A stretch of 32,000 bases of DNA from Propionibacterium freudenreichii subsp. freudenreichii (GCF_000940845.1 NZ_CP010341.1:810001-842000); one strand, 5' to 3'; numbered from the stretch's first letter, positions 1 to 8,565 are shown. Made by a program: numbers and translations. Notes: a model not told the origin generated them from the sequence alone.

Positions 1-918
1 CAGGGGGTCGGCCATGGGCTCGTCGAGGCACACCTGCACGCCCTTCACGGCGTCGATCATGTCGGCGAAGCCGGCGAAGCCGATCTCCATGTAGCCGTCC
101 ATGCGCAGGCCCGTTGCCCCCTCGATCGTCTGGGTCAACAGAGGTGCGCCACCGAACGAATAGGCCGCGTTGATCTTGTTCCGCCCGTAGCCCGGAATCG
201 TGACATATGAGTCACGGGGCACGCTGATCAGCACCGAACGGCCGCCCCACGGCGGCGTGTACAGGATCATGATCGTGTCGGTGCGCTGGCCCTCGGCGTC
301 CCCGGTGCCCAGGGCCGCCTTCTGTGCCTCGGTGAGGTTCTCGCGCGAGTCGCTGCCCACCAGCAGGATCGCCGTGCCCGGCTGCTGCGAGGGCCGACCG
401 GCGGCGGCCGGTTCCCAGTCGACCTGGGGCATGGAGGCGAAGGCCCGCACCGGAACCGCCACCGTATAGACCAGCCACGCCAGCAGGACGATGAAGAAGG
501 TGCGGAAGAAGTTGCGCACCGGATGGCGCGGTCGCCGGCGTCGGGGAGGCTGCGTGGCGGGGACGGGGGCCGGCACGGGACGACGCGGCGGGGCACCATT
601 GCCGCCGCCGGTCGGTCCGGACCCGGCATGGCGGGGCACGGCGTTGGCCGCCCCATACCCGCCGGGCTGCTGTCCGCGACTCGCATACTGTGCCGACCCA
701 CCGGGCTGGACCTGGGCCGGGCGGGCCTGCTGCTGGGCCTGGCGGCGTGCGCGCTCGGCCAGGAACTCCTGCTCATGACGCTGGACGTCGGCGCGGTTGA
801 AGGTGCTCGTCACGCGTGCCGGGCGTCCTGCCAGCGGATCGGGGGCCTCTTCCGGCCCGCGGCGATACAGCCAGTCAAGGTCAGCCTTCTGCTCACCCTC
901 GTCATTCTGTTCGGCCAT
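1..918 (-). CDS. LytR-CpsA-Psr (LCP) family cell-wall glycopolymer phosphotransferase; its C-terminal part lies outside the window
   Basis: Absent from the supplied ORF track because it runs off the window edge. My reverse-strand translation from the ATG (complement of 916-918) reads MAEQNDEGEQKADLDWLYRRG. It continues with a Q/P/G-rich segment and one TM helix (FFRTFFIVLLAWLVYTVAV). LCP core motifs follow: GTAILLVGSDSRE, GQRTDTIMILY and SVPRDSYVTIPGYGRNKINAAYSFGG. The 918 nt give 306 codons in frame down to position 1. Confidence 0.85.
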   Translation of the reverse strand, partial: MAEQNDEGEQKADLDWLYRRGPEEAPDPLAGRPARVTSTFNRADVQRHEQEFLAERARRQAQQQARPAQVQPGGSAQYASRGQQPGGYGAANAVPRHAGSGPTGGGNGAPPRRPVPAPVPATQPPRRRRPRHPVRNFFRTFFIVLLAWLVYTVAVPVRAFASMPQVDWEPAAAGRPSQQPGTAILLVGSDSRENLTEAQKAALGTGDAEGQRTDTIMILYTPPWGGRSVLISVPRDSYVTIPGYGRNKINAAYSFGGAPLLTQTIEGATGLRMDGYMEIGFAGFADMIDAVKGVQVCLDEPMADPL

Positions 919-925
919 GGGCGAC

Positions 926-931
926 ACGCTA
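926..931 (-). promoter_or_regulatory. -10-like hexamer TAGCGT placed 7 nt upstream of the LCP ATG (leaderless-type arrangement)
   Basis: The reverse complement of 919-931 reads TAGCGT GTCGCCC, followed directly by ATG. This fits the actinobacterial TANNNT -10 consensus with the start codon at the expected TSS distance. No Shine-Dalgarno sequence is present. Confidence 0.35.
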
Positions 932-1043
932 CCGGTCGCGCATCACGCCCCGCCATGAAACCACCGGCGGTGTACCCCACGGTGCGACGGGCCGGGGCAT
1001 CCTCCTGACGGGCATGGCCGGGGTCGCCCGATAAGGTGGACCG

Positions 1044-2123
1044 GTGAGATATGCGGTGATCATGGCCGGCGGTTCGGGCACCAGGTTGTGGCCCCTGAGC
1101 CGTCAGGGCGAGCCCAAGCAGCTGCTGCGGATGATCGACGGCAAGAGCCTGTTGCGGCTCGCCTTCGAGCGCGTGGCGGGCGCCGTCGACCCCGCGAACA
1201 TCCTCATCTGCACCGGTGCCGCCTATATCGACGAGGTCGCCCGGCAGATCCCCGAGGTCGAATCCCGCAATCTGCTGGGCGAGCCCGTGGGGCGCGATTC
1301 CCTCAATGCCGTGGCCTGGCCGGCGGCCGTGCTGGCGCGCCGGGACCCGGGGGCCGTCACCGCGATGATCACCGCCGATCAGATCATCGAGCCGGTGGAG
1401 GTCTTCCGCCAACGCCTCGACACCGCCTTCCGGGTGGCCGAACAGGACGCCGACGCCCTGGTGACCTTCGGCATCGTGCCCACCAGTCCGAACACCGGCT
1501 ACGGATACCTGCACCGGGGCACCGACGTGCCCGGCTTCGTCGATGTCTCGCGGGTGACCGAGTTCAAGGAGAAGCCGGACGCCGCGACCGCGGCCCAGTA
1601 CCTGGCGTCGGGACGCTATTGGTGGAACTCCGGAATGTTCGTCTGGCGCGTGGAGACGCTGCTGCGCCAGTTGAAGGTGCTGTTGCCGCAGACCTATGAC
1701 GCGGTGCAGGAGCTGGCCGCCCATCCCGAACGCTTGGCGGAGATCTATCCGCAGCTGTTCAAGTCCTCGGTGGACTACGGGGTGATGGAGCCGGTGAGCC
1801 AGGGCAAGGCGCAGGCCCATGTCGTCGCGGTGGCCCTCGACACGCGCTGGGCCGACGTCGGCAGCTTCGCCAGCCTCTACCTGGAGCTGCCCCATGACGC
1901 ACATGGCAACGTGGTGCAGGGAGCGGTGATCGCCGAGGACACCCACGACTGCCTGCTGATCAACGCCGACGTCGGCGATTCGGTGCTGGCTGTCGCCGGA
2001 CTTCGCGATATGGCCGTGGTGCGTACCGCGGCCGCCACCCTCAGCTGCCCGCTGAAGGATTCCCAGCAGGTGAAGACACTGGTGGGACGAGTCGCCCATG
2101 AGGTGGATGCGGAGCTGGCATGA
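1044..2123 (+). CDS. manC: mannose-1-phosphate guanylyltransferase (GDP-mannose pyrophosphorylase)
   Basis: 359-aa ORF with a GTG start preceded by AAGGTGGA. The N-terminal nucleotidyltransferase signature is AVIMAGGSGTRLWPLSRQGEPKQLL. Later motifs are GIVPTSPNTGYGYL, EKPD and YWWNSGMFVW. GC3 is high. Confidence 0.93.
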   Translation: MRYAVIMAGGSGTRLWPLSRQGEPKQLLRMIDGKSLLRLAFERVAGAVDPANILICTGAAYIDEVARQIPEVESRNLLGEPVGRDSLNAVAWPAAVLARRDPGAVTAMITADQIIEPVEVFRQRLDTAFRVAEQDADALVTFGIVPTSPNTGYGYLHRGTDVPGFVDVSRVTEFKEKPDAATAAQYLASGRYWWNSGMFVWRVETLLRQLKVLLPQTYDAVQELAAHPERLAEIYPQLFKSSVDYGVMEPVSQGKAQAHVVAVALDTRWADVGSFASLYLELPHDAHGNVVQGAVIAEDTHDCLLINADVGDSVLAVAGLRDMAVVRTAAATLSCPLKDSQQVKTLVGRVAHEVDAELA

Positions 2124-3187
2124 GCGAGCAGATATCGACCGTGAACCAGACCCCGAAGGCACCCCGCGTGCCGTGGGGCACCCGACTGCTGCGTTGGCGT
2201 GAACCCATCACCTGGGCGTCCATCCTGCTGACCATCGGGTTCCTGGTGGGCGGCGTGGTCGAGATCCTCCTCAACCTGTTCCGACGCGGAATGGGCTTCG
2301 GACGCGCGGCGCGGGCACTGTCGTCGTCGGTGGCAACCGGCTGGCTCGTGCTCGTGGTGCTGCTGGTCTGCGCCTGCGCCTACATCAAGCCGGTCACCGG
2401 CCATGCCAAGCTCCTGGCGCGGGTGGCCGCACTGGTCACCAGCGTCGTGGTGGCCTACGACCTCTTCCTGCTGGTGGCCGACCTGACCGGCGGGGGCACC
2501 TTCTCATCGATCGCCCTGGAGATCATCGGCGCACTGTTGGCAATGTCGGTGAAGGCCGTCCTGGCCCTCTTCCTGTGGCGGATGTCCGTGGTGCTGAAGG
2601 GGCCGAGGAAGGCTCCCGTGGTGGTGACCGCGCCCGAGCCGGGCCTGGCGCCCGTATGGCAGGCGGAGGAGGCCGTCGGCGATCAGTGGGCCCATCCCGG
2701 CACCCCTGCCGCGCCGGTGGGGGTCGCCCCCGGTGCAAGCGGCCTCGCGACGAATCCGGGCCAGCCGCCCGACTGGCGAAGCGGCATGCAGGGACTCTCG
2801 TCGGTGTTCGGGGGAGCGCGCGGCGCCACACCCGACCAGGGCCAGCCCGTCGGTCAGCAACCCCCGGCCCAACAACCTGGGGCACAGCAGCCGGCAGCCC
2901 AGCCACCGCAGCCCACCCAATGGCCACCATCGTCGGTGGCCGCCGCGCAGGCCCCGGCCGGGGGCCCGTCGTCCTCCCAGCCGCCCGCTGCCCCCCAGCA
3001 GGGGCAGGCTCCCCGAACCCCCTCGCTGATCAAGCTCGACGCGGCGGATCCCTCCGCGATGCCCGACAACAGCGCCGAGACCGGACCGGTGACCTTCACC
3101 GCCCGGGAACGGGCCGACGGCGCGCAGCTGGAACAGCCCGACGAGGATCACGGCGCTGACCCGGGGCGTCCCGCGCAGGACTCCTGA
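2120..3187 (+). CDS. hypothetical membrane protein: about 4 TM helices plus a roughly 185-aa P/Q/A-rich low-complexity tail
   Basis: 355-aa ORF whose ATG overlaps the manC stop (ATGA at 2120-2123). Codon bias is typical of coding sequence. Hydrophobic helices include ITWASILLTIGFLVGGVVEILL, WLVLVVLLVCACAYI, VAALVTSVVVAYDLFLLVADL and IALEIIGALLAMSVKAVLALFLW. The tail contains QPPAQQPGAQQPAAQPPQPTQWPP. I recognise no family. Confidence 0.75.
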   Translation: MSEQISTVNQTPKAPRVPWGTRLLRWREPITWASILLTIGFLVGGVVEILLNLFRRGMGFGRAARALSSSVATGWLVLVVLLVCACAYIKPVTGHAKLLARVAALVTSVVVAYDLFLLVADLTGGGTFSSIALEIIGALLAMSVKAVLALFLWRMSVVLKGPRKAPVVVTAPEPGLAPVWQAEEAVGDQWAHPGTPAAPVGVAPGASGLATNPGQPPDWRSGMQGLSSVFGGARGATPDQGQPVGQQPPAQQPGAQQPAAQPPQPTQWPPSSVAAAQAPAGGPSSSQPPAAPQQGQAPRTPSLIKLDAADPSAMPDNSAETGPVTFTARERADGAQLEQPDEDHGADPGRPAQDS

Positions 3188-3380
3188 GCCGGTCCCGGGC
3201 CCAATCCCCATGGGGTGTGGCACCGCCCGATGAATTCAGCTGTCAGCGATCAGATGTGCCGACGCGCGGAGCATTGAAGTGACGCCGTCCCCTCGACGTG
3301 CTACTTGCGCGGGTGCGAGACACGCCGTGAAAAGCTGTCAAATTTCTCGACGCCAATGGGCGCGGCGACTGGCATCTCAT

Positions 3381-3409
3381 TTGACCTTCGCTCCGTCAGG
3401 GAATGTAAT
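3381..3409 (+). promoter_or_regulatory. sigma-70/HrdB-type promoter for whiB: -35 TTGACC (3381-3386), 17-nt spacer, -10 TGTAAT (3404-3409)
   Basis: The hexamers and the 17-bp spacing were read directly from the sequence. They lie in the lower-GC 329-bp gap upstream of whiB. The predicted leader is about 100 nt and contains two stem-loops, at 3426-3448 and 3467-3483. Confidence 0.5.
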
Positions 3410-3519
3410 TTCACCTGTGTAGTTCGTCCCGGGCGGTTCCGCCGGGACGCAGAACCCCCTCAGGGCGGCGATGGTTCATCGCCTGGGCCCTGTGCGGCCA
3501 TTGATCGGAGGGAAGTGTG

Positions 3520-3780
3520 ATGCTGGAGTTGCCGTCGTTCGATGACCCGAGCGAGGAGGACGTACTGAGCTGGCGTGAACACGCCCTGTGTGCCCAGACC
3601 GACCCGGAGGCATTCTTCCCCGAGAAGGGCGGCTCGACCCGCGAGGCCAAGAAGGTCTGCCAGTCATGCCCGGTACGCACCGAGTGCCTCTCCTACGCCC
3701 TCGACCACGATGAGCGCTTCGGTATCTGGGGCGGCCTGTCCGAACGCGAACGCCGCCGCCTGAGGACCCAGGCCAGCTGA
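3520..3780 (+). CDS. whiB: WhiB-family [4Fe-4S] transcription factor (WhiB/WhiB2/WhmD-type)
   Basis: Sequence reads LSWREHALCAQTDPEAFFPEKGGSTREAKKVCQSCPVRTECLSYALDHDERFGIWGGLSERERRRL. It has the four-Cys cluster pattern and the GIWGG turn plus a basic tail. The RBS GGAGGGAAG lies at 3508-3516. The track starts at GTG 3517, but ATG 3520 has better spacing. Confidence 0.95.
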   Translation: MLELPSFDDPSEEDVLSWREHALCAQTDPEAFFPEKGGSTREAKKVCQSCPVRTECLSYALDHDERFGIWGGLSERERRRLRTQAS

Positions 3781-3963
3781 CCCCCGCGCGCCCGGTACCC
3801 TCCCACCGATGGGGGGAAATCGTCCCGGCGGCGCACCGTGATCGCCCCTGACAAGGCCTTCGATCCGCGCAACCGTCGCGCGCCTCGCGAGCCATCACCC
3901 ACCGGCCCCCACCGGGCGGCCGAATTCGCCGCCGACCGCGTGGCTGGGCCGGTCGTGCACCGG

Positions 3964-3969
3964 TAGGGT
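3964..3969 (+). promoter_or_regulatory. -10-like hexamer TAGGGT placed 7 nt upstream of GTG 3977 (leaderless-type arrangement)
   Basis: The sequence TAGGGT GTGGCGC GTG was read directly. This is the same geometry seen at several other genes in the window. Confidence 0.3.
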
Positions 3970-3976
3970 GTGGCGC

Positions 3977-6900
3977 GTGACTCAGCCAGACGAGCATTCC
4001 CGGGACGACCGGGATCCGTGGGCCTGGGCGCACCGCCCCCACAATCCACCCGCCACCCCGCACGGCGCCGATGCCGTGCTCGGCGTGCTCATCGCCCACA
4101 ACGGCGCGGACTGGCTGCCGCGCACCCTGGTGGCGCTTGCCGGCCTGCGCACCCGTCCCGGACGTCTGATCGCGCTCGATGCCGCCTCCGACGACGACTC
4201 CGCCCGGTTGCTCAACCGGGCCGTGCACGAGGGCATCCTCGACGCCGCCTACAGCGGCCCGGGCGATGTCGGGTTCGGCGCGTCGGTGCACCGCGCCCTT
4301 GACCTCGATGCACCATCGCAGGACGGTCAGAACGCACCGCAATGGCTGTGGCTGCTGCATGACGACCTGGAACCTGAACACGGCGCCCTGGACAATCTCC
4401 TGCGCGCCGCGAACCCACCGGAGGGCATGCCCGCTCCCGACGTCCTGGTGCCGAAGCTGCTGCATCCGCGGCTGCGCAACCATGCCGACCAGATGAGCGC
4501 CCTGGGCGAATCCATCGCGCCCAACGGGGCCCGCGTGCCCAGCGTCGAATCCGGCGACATCGACCAGCACCAACTCGACGCGGGCCCGGTGCTCGGGGGT
4601 TCGACCGCCGGCATGTTCATCCGGTTGGCGGCATGGCGGCAGCTCGGTGGACTTGACCCGGCGATCCCGCTGTACCGGGACGGGGTCGACTTCGGATGGC
4701 GCGCGCTGGAGGCCGGACTCGTCGTGCGCTCCTGCCCTCAGGCAGCCTTCCGCCATCGGGAGGCCGGACGGGTGGGTCTGCGCGACTCGCAGGTGGCGCC
4801 CAACGCCCAGATCGCCGACGCCGTGGCGGGCATGCGGGTGGCCATCGCCCACTCGCCGCATCCGGGGCGCGCCTCCCGTGCCATCACGGCGAGCTCATGG
4901 GGCACCGCCCTGGCCTATGTGATCGGAAAGTCACCGGGACGGGCTGCTGACCAACTGCGTGCCCTGCGGCAGCTCCGGGCGTCCCGCGATGAGACCCAAC
5001 GCCTGGCTGACAGGGTCGGCCCGGCCTCCGCCCATGCGGTGCTGCCTGCCGGGGTGCTGCCCGACCGTGCCTGGAATGTGCGCCACGCGGCGGACACGTT
5101 GGCCGGACGGATGGGTGACGCCGTCTACGAGCTGCGCAACGACGAGGGCGGCTCCGGCCTCGACGAGCTGACCGGGAGCGACTACGCCAACGTGGCGGTG
5201 ACCCGCCGGGTGCTGTCGGCACGACTGCTCACCGTGCTCATTGCCGTGGTGACCAGCCTGCTGGCGGTGCGCGGGCTGTTCGGCTCCGATCCACTGGTCG
5301 CGGCCCGACTGCTCCCGGCGCCCGGCGAGCTGTCACAGGCCTGGGCGGCCTGGGGAGTGCCCCTGCCGGGCGCCCATGGCGCCAACGCCCCCTGGCTGGG
5401 ACTGGCGGCGCTGGGTTCCACGCTGGCCCTGGGCAAGCCCGATCTGTTCATCTTCGTGTGGTTGGCCTGCTCGGTCGGCCTGGCCACCTGGGTGTCGTCG
5501 CACCTGTTCGCCAAGGTCTGCGGGCGCGGCTGGTTCGCCAACGGCCTGGCATTGGCCTGGGGCCTGGCCCTGCCGGTCTGTGGAGCCATCTCGCAGGGCA
5601 GCATCGACCTGGTGGCACTGGCCGTGCTGTTACCGGGACTGGGCACGGCGCTGCTGCGCTGGCGCCAGCGACCGATCACCGGCGCCGAGGGCTGGCGGGC
5701 GCCGGGGGCCGTCGCCCTGTGGACGGGCCTCATCGCCATGTTCTTCCCCGCGCTCGCCCTCGCATCGCTGGTGCTGGCCGGCGGGCTGGCCCACGCCCGC
5801 CACGACCGACGCGGGGCGCTCGTGGCGCTGGGCGGTCCGTTCGTGATCGTGGCGCCCTGGCTGATCAGGCTGGTCACCACGCCGGGTCGGGTGCTGACCG
5901 GCATTGATCCCAGCGCCGCCGTCGCGGCCGACGCAGCGTCACCCCTGGCCCTGCTGTTCGGACGCGGGCTGGGCGCCAACACGCCCTGGTGGGTCTCCCT
6001 TGCCTTCCTGGGGCTGGTCGGCGCCGGCGCCGTGATCGGCTACCTGCGCGCCCCAGCCGACGAGCTGGATGCCACGACGCGCAGGGTGATCGCCCTGGCC
6101 GGTGCCGGCGCACTGGTCATGGCCTGTGCCCTGCCGCACCTGGTGGTCACCCTGGGTGACTCGCCGGTGCGTCCCACCGGCGTCGAGTGGTACCTGGCGG
6201 CAGTCTTCGTGGCGCTGGCCCTGACCGGTTTCGGTATCGGACGGCCCGTGCCCGTGCACGGTGAGCGCGCCCAGGACCGCCTGTTGACCCGAGCCCAGAT
6301 CGCGCAGGGCCTCCTGATCGCCGCATCGGTGCTCATCGGCTCCGTGTGGTGGGTCGCCGGCGGTGCCACCGGCAGCCTGCATCGTGCCGGTTCGCCGGTG
6401 CCCAGCTACGTCGACGCGGTGGAGAACTCGCCACGCGATACCCGCACGCTGATGGTGCAGATTGACGCGCAGGGCAATCAGGGCACCGTCCGCTACGCCC
6501 TGTCCGACGCGCGATCCCCGCACTGGGGTGGCGGCGAATCCGACGCCATCTCGCCCGATCCCCGGCTGCGCGAGCAGGTGTCGTCGCTGGCCCGCCAGAT
6601 CGCCCGGGGCGCACCCTCTGACGACATGGCGGCACGCCTCGCCCAGCTCGGTGTGGCACACGTGTGGGTACGCGGTGCCTCACCCGAGGCCAGGTCGTCG
6701 CTGGCCGACACCCCCGGAATGACCGCGGCCGTGGCCGACCAGGACACCACCGTCTGGACGCTCAACGAGCCCGTGGCCCGCTCCGTGGTGCGCGCCGACG
6801 GCAAGGAGACCCCCGCCGCCGGTGTCGTCCCGCCCGGTGACGGCGACCGGCTCCTGGTGGTCGCCGAGCCGGCCAGCGGACGCTGGCATGCGACGGTTGA

Positions 6901-7216
6901 CGGGCACCAGCTGCGCCGCGCCGACAGCGGCGACTGGCGCCAGTCCTTCGCGCTGGGCAGTGCCTCGGGGCCGGTCAGCTGGCACGCCGCCACGGGCTGG
7001 GCGGGATGCGCCTGGCAGGTGATCGCGCTGGTCCTGGCCATGGTGCTGGCCGCCCCGGCGGCGACGAATCGCACCAATGCGCCGCGCCGGGCGTTGGCCT
7101 CCCGTGCCCCGGCCCGCCCGGCCCGACGGATCGCCGACCCGGAGGGCTTCACCATTCCCGACGCCGGCCCCGACCAGGCGCCGCGACCGGCGCGACGACG
7201 GGCGGCTGAATCATGA
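3977..7216 (+). CDS. family-2 glycosyltransferase fused to a large polytopic membrane domain and an extracytoplasmic C-terminal region
   Basis: The ORF in the track is 3968-7216 (1082 aa). I prefer GTG 3977 because of the -10 geometry, but either start is possible. GT-A/GT2 motifs are VLIAHNGADWLPRTL, LDAASDDDSARLL, WLWLLHDDLEPEHGALDNLL and GGSTAGMFIRLAAWRQLGGLDPAIPLYRDGVDFGWRALEAGL. Roughly a dozen hydrophobic helices follow (about aa 415-800). After these come a soluble region of about 210 aa, a final TM helix (AWQVIALVLAMVLAAPA) and an R/P-rich tail. Confidence 0.85.
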   Translation: MTQPDEHSRDDRDPWAWAHRPHNPPATPHGADAVLGVLIAHNGADWLPRTLVALAGLRTRPGRLIALDAASDDDSARLLNRAVHEGILDAAYSGPGDVGFGASVHRALDLDAPSQDGQNAPQWLWLLHDDLEPEHGALDNLLRAANPPEGMPAPDVLVPKLLHPRLRNHADQMSALGESIAPNGARVPSVESGDIDQHQLDAGPVLGGSTAGMFIRLAAWRQLGGLDPAIPLYRDGVDFGWRALEAGLVVRSCPQAAFRHREAGRVGLRDSQVAPNAQIADAVAGMRVAIAHSPHPGRASRAITASSWGTALAYVIGKSPGRAADQLRALRQLRASRDETQRLADRVGPASAHAVLPAGVLPDRAWNVRHAADTLAGRMGDAVYELRNDEGGSGLDELTGSDYANVAVTRRVLSARLLTVLIAVVTSLLAVRGLFGSDPLVAARLLPAPGELSQAWAAWGVPLPGAHGANAPWLGLAALGSTLALGKPDLFIFVWLACSVGLATWVSSHLFAKVCGRGWFANGLALAWGLALPVCGAISQGSIDLVALAVLLPGLGTALLRWRQRPITGAEGWRAPGAVALWTGLIAMFFPALALASLVLAGGLAHARHDRRGALVALGGPFVIVAPWLIRLVTTPGRVLTGIDPSAAVAADAASPLALLFGRGLGANTPWWVSLAFLGLVGAGAVIGYLRAPADELDATTRRVIALAGAGALVMACALPHLVVTLGDSPVRPTGVEWYLAAVFVALALTGFGIGRPVPVHGERAQDRLLTRAQIAQGLLIAASVLIGSVWWVAGGATGSLHRAGSPVPSYVDAVENSPRDTRTLMVQIDAQGNQGTVRYALSDARSPHWGGGESDAISPDPRLREQVSSLARQIARGAPSDDMAARLAQLGVAHVWVRGASPEARSSLADTPGMTAAVADQDTTVWTLNEPVARSVVRADGKETPAAGVVPPGDGDRLLVVAEPASGRWHATVDGHQLRRADSGDWRQSFALGSASGPVSWHAATGWAGCAWQVIALVLAMVLAAPAATNRTNAPRRALASRAPARPARRIADPEGFTIPDAGPDQAPRPARRRAAES

Positions 7217-8565
7217 GCCCCGGACGCCGGGCCGCACCCGGAACGGCGGCAGACCTCGCCGAACGCGACGCCTGGCAGCGTGAGACCCACCGCGAACGAC
7301 GCCTGCGCCTGCGCGAACTCGGCATCGTGGCCGCCGCGGTCGTGGTGCTGCTGGCGGTGCTCGCCATCGTGCCGCGCGCCCAGCTGCCCGCGCCCGCCTC
7401 CGTGCCGGTGAGCATCGGGCTGTCCAAGTCGTGTGCGGCCACCGAGCCGGGCACCCTGCTGGCCACCGCCAGCCAGGGGCAGCTGCGCGTCTCGGGAGCC
7501 TCCACCCAGACCCTCGACAGCCCGCTGTCGCAGCAGGTCGGTGCCGGCAGCGAGCGCATCTCGCCGGCCGACACGCAGGCTGCCGCATCAGGCGGCGTCT
7601 ACGGGGTCAGTGGTGCCGCGAGCTGGTTCAGCCCGTGCGCGGAATCGCGCACCGACCAGGTGGTGCAGGTGCCGGGCGGCGAGGCCACCCTGTTGGTGAG
7701 CAACCCCGACAACTTCGAGGCGGTGGTCAGCATCACCCTGACCGGCCCGCAGGGAGCACTGGCCGCCGACGACCTGCGTGACGTGCGCGTCCCCGCGCAC
7801 ACCACCGCCACCCTCGACCTGTCGGCGCGCATTCGGGGCCTGCCCCAGGTGGGTGCCCGCATCCGGGCAACCCAGGGACGCGTCGCCGCCGTCGCCCGCT
7901 CCGGCTCGGCGGGTGCACTCGACTACCAGGACAGCACCGGCCTGGCCCGCACCTCCACGGTGGCCGCCGTGCCCTCGGGTGCCTCGAAGGTGACCCTGCT
8001 GCTGACCAACCCGGACACCGTGCGCACCTCGGCCAAGATCTCCGCAGTGGGGGAGTCCGGCTCCTTCGACCCCGGCAACGGCACGATCCTCATCGAGGCC
8101 GAGCGCACGGTGGCGGTCGATGTCTCCGGATCAGTCAGTGCGGAATCGGCCGCGCTGACCGTGACCGCCCGCAGCAACATCGCCGTGAGCGCCGTGGTGA
8201 CACTCGGCACCGACGTGGGCCTGCTGGCCGGACGCACCGATTCGTCGATCACCTCGGGTGATTCAGCCGGCCTGGCCCTGCCTGGCCCGGCGCGCCTGAT
8301 CGTGTCGAACCTGGCCGATGGGCCACGGGAGGTGACGGTGAACTGGGGTGCCGGCCAGGCCCCGCTGCGCCGCACGATCGCCGCGCAGGCGACGCTGGCA
8401 TTGTTCACCCCGCAGGACGCCCGAACCGCCGAGATCAGCACCGGCGGACCCTTCGTGGCCGGCGCTGCGGTGACACAGACCGGACTGACCCTGATCCCGG
8501 CACAACCCATCCGCGCAACGCAGGGCGAGCTGGCGGCGCGGCCCGCCGTCGACCTGGGCCGCTGA
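7213..8565 (+). CDS. N-terminally anchored hypothetical protein with three repeated beta-rich modules (I believe DUF5719-like)
   Basis: 450-aa ORF whose ATG overlaps the glycosyltransferase stop (ATGA at 7213-7216). It has one TM helix (LGIVAAAVVVLLAVLAIV). Three modules share ordered motifs: ATLLVSNPDNFEAVVSITLTG, VTLLLTNPDTVRTSAKISAVG and ARLIVSNLADGPREVTVNWG. The family name is from memory and was not searched. Confidence 0.78.
   Translation: MSPGRRAAPGTAADLAERDAWQRETHRERRLRLRELGIVAAAVVVLLAVLAIVPRAQLPAPASVPVSIGLSKSCAATEPGTLLATASQGQLRVSGASTQTLDSPLSQQVGAGSERISPADTQAAASGGVYGVSGAASWFSPCAESRTDQVVQVPGGEATLLVSNPDNFEAVVSITLTGPQGALAADDLRDVRVPAHTTATLDLSARIRGLPQVGARIRATQGRVAAVARSGSAGALDYQDSTGLARTSTVAAVPSGASKVTLLLTNPDTVRTSAKISAVGESGSFDPGNGTILIEAERTVAVDVSGSVSAESAALTVTARSNIAVSAVVTLGTDVGLLAGRTDSSITSGDSAGLALPGPARLIVSNLADGPREVTVNWGAGQAPLRRTIAAQATLALFTPQDARTAEISTGGPFVAGAAVTQTGLTLIPAQPIRATQGELAARPAVDLGR

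Noticed and set aside
810-2162. 450-aa ORF on the minus strand
   Set aside because: It is entirely antisense to manC, which has unmistakable nucleotidyltransferase motifs. The product is Arg/Gly/His-rich nonsense, typical of a high-GC shadow ORF.
2830-3010. Repetitive CAG/CCG-rich DNA here and at 15430-15720, considered as possible tandem-repeat or CRISPR-like arrays
   Set aside because: These stretches are in frame, encode P/Q/G-rich low-complexity protein segments, and have no regular repeat-spacer periodicity.
3319-3323. Single GACAC (WhiA-type core) upstream of the whiB promoter
   Set aside because: One pentamer in about 330 bp on two strands is expected by chance, so it is not evidence of a binding site on its own.
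3305-3520. 71-aa ORF in the whiB upstream region
   Set aside because: It has a non-ATG start, atypical codon usage and no motif. It spans the predicted whiB promoter and leader, so it is more plausibly non-coding.
3476-4861. 461-aa minus-strand ORF, plus 11021-12532 (503 aa), 14036-15193 (385 aa) and 14881-16446 (521 aa) on the minus strand
   Set aside because: They are antisense to whiB/glycosyltransferase, SIS/CDF, MFS and RDD genes respectively. They have no motifs and are high-GC shadow ORFs.
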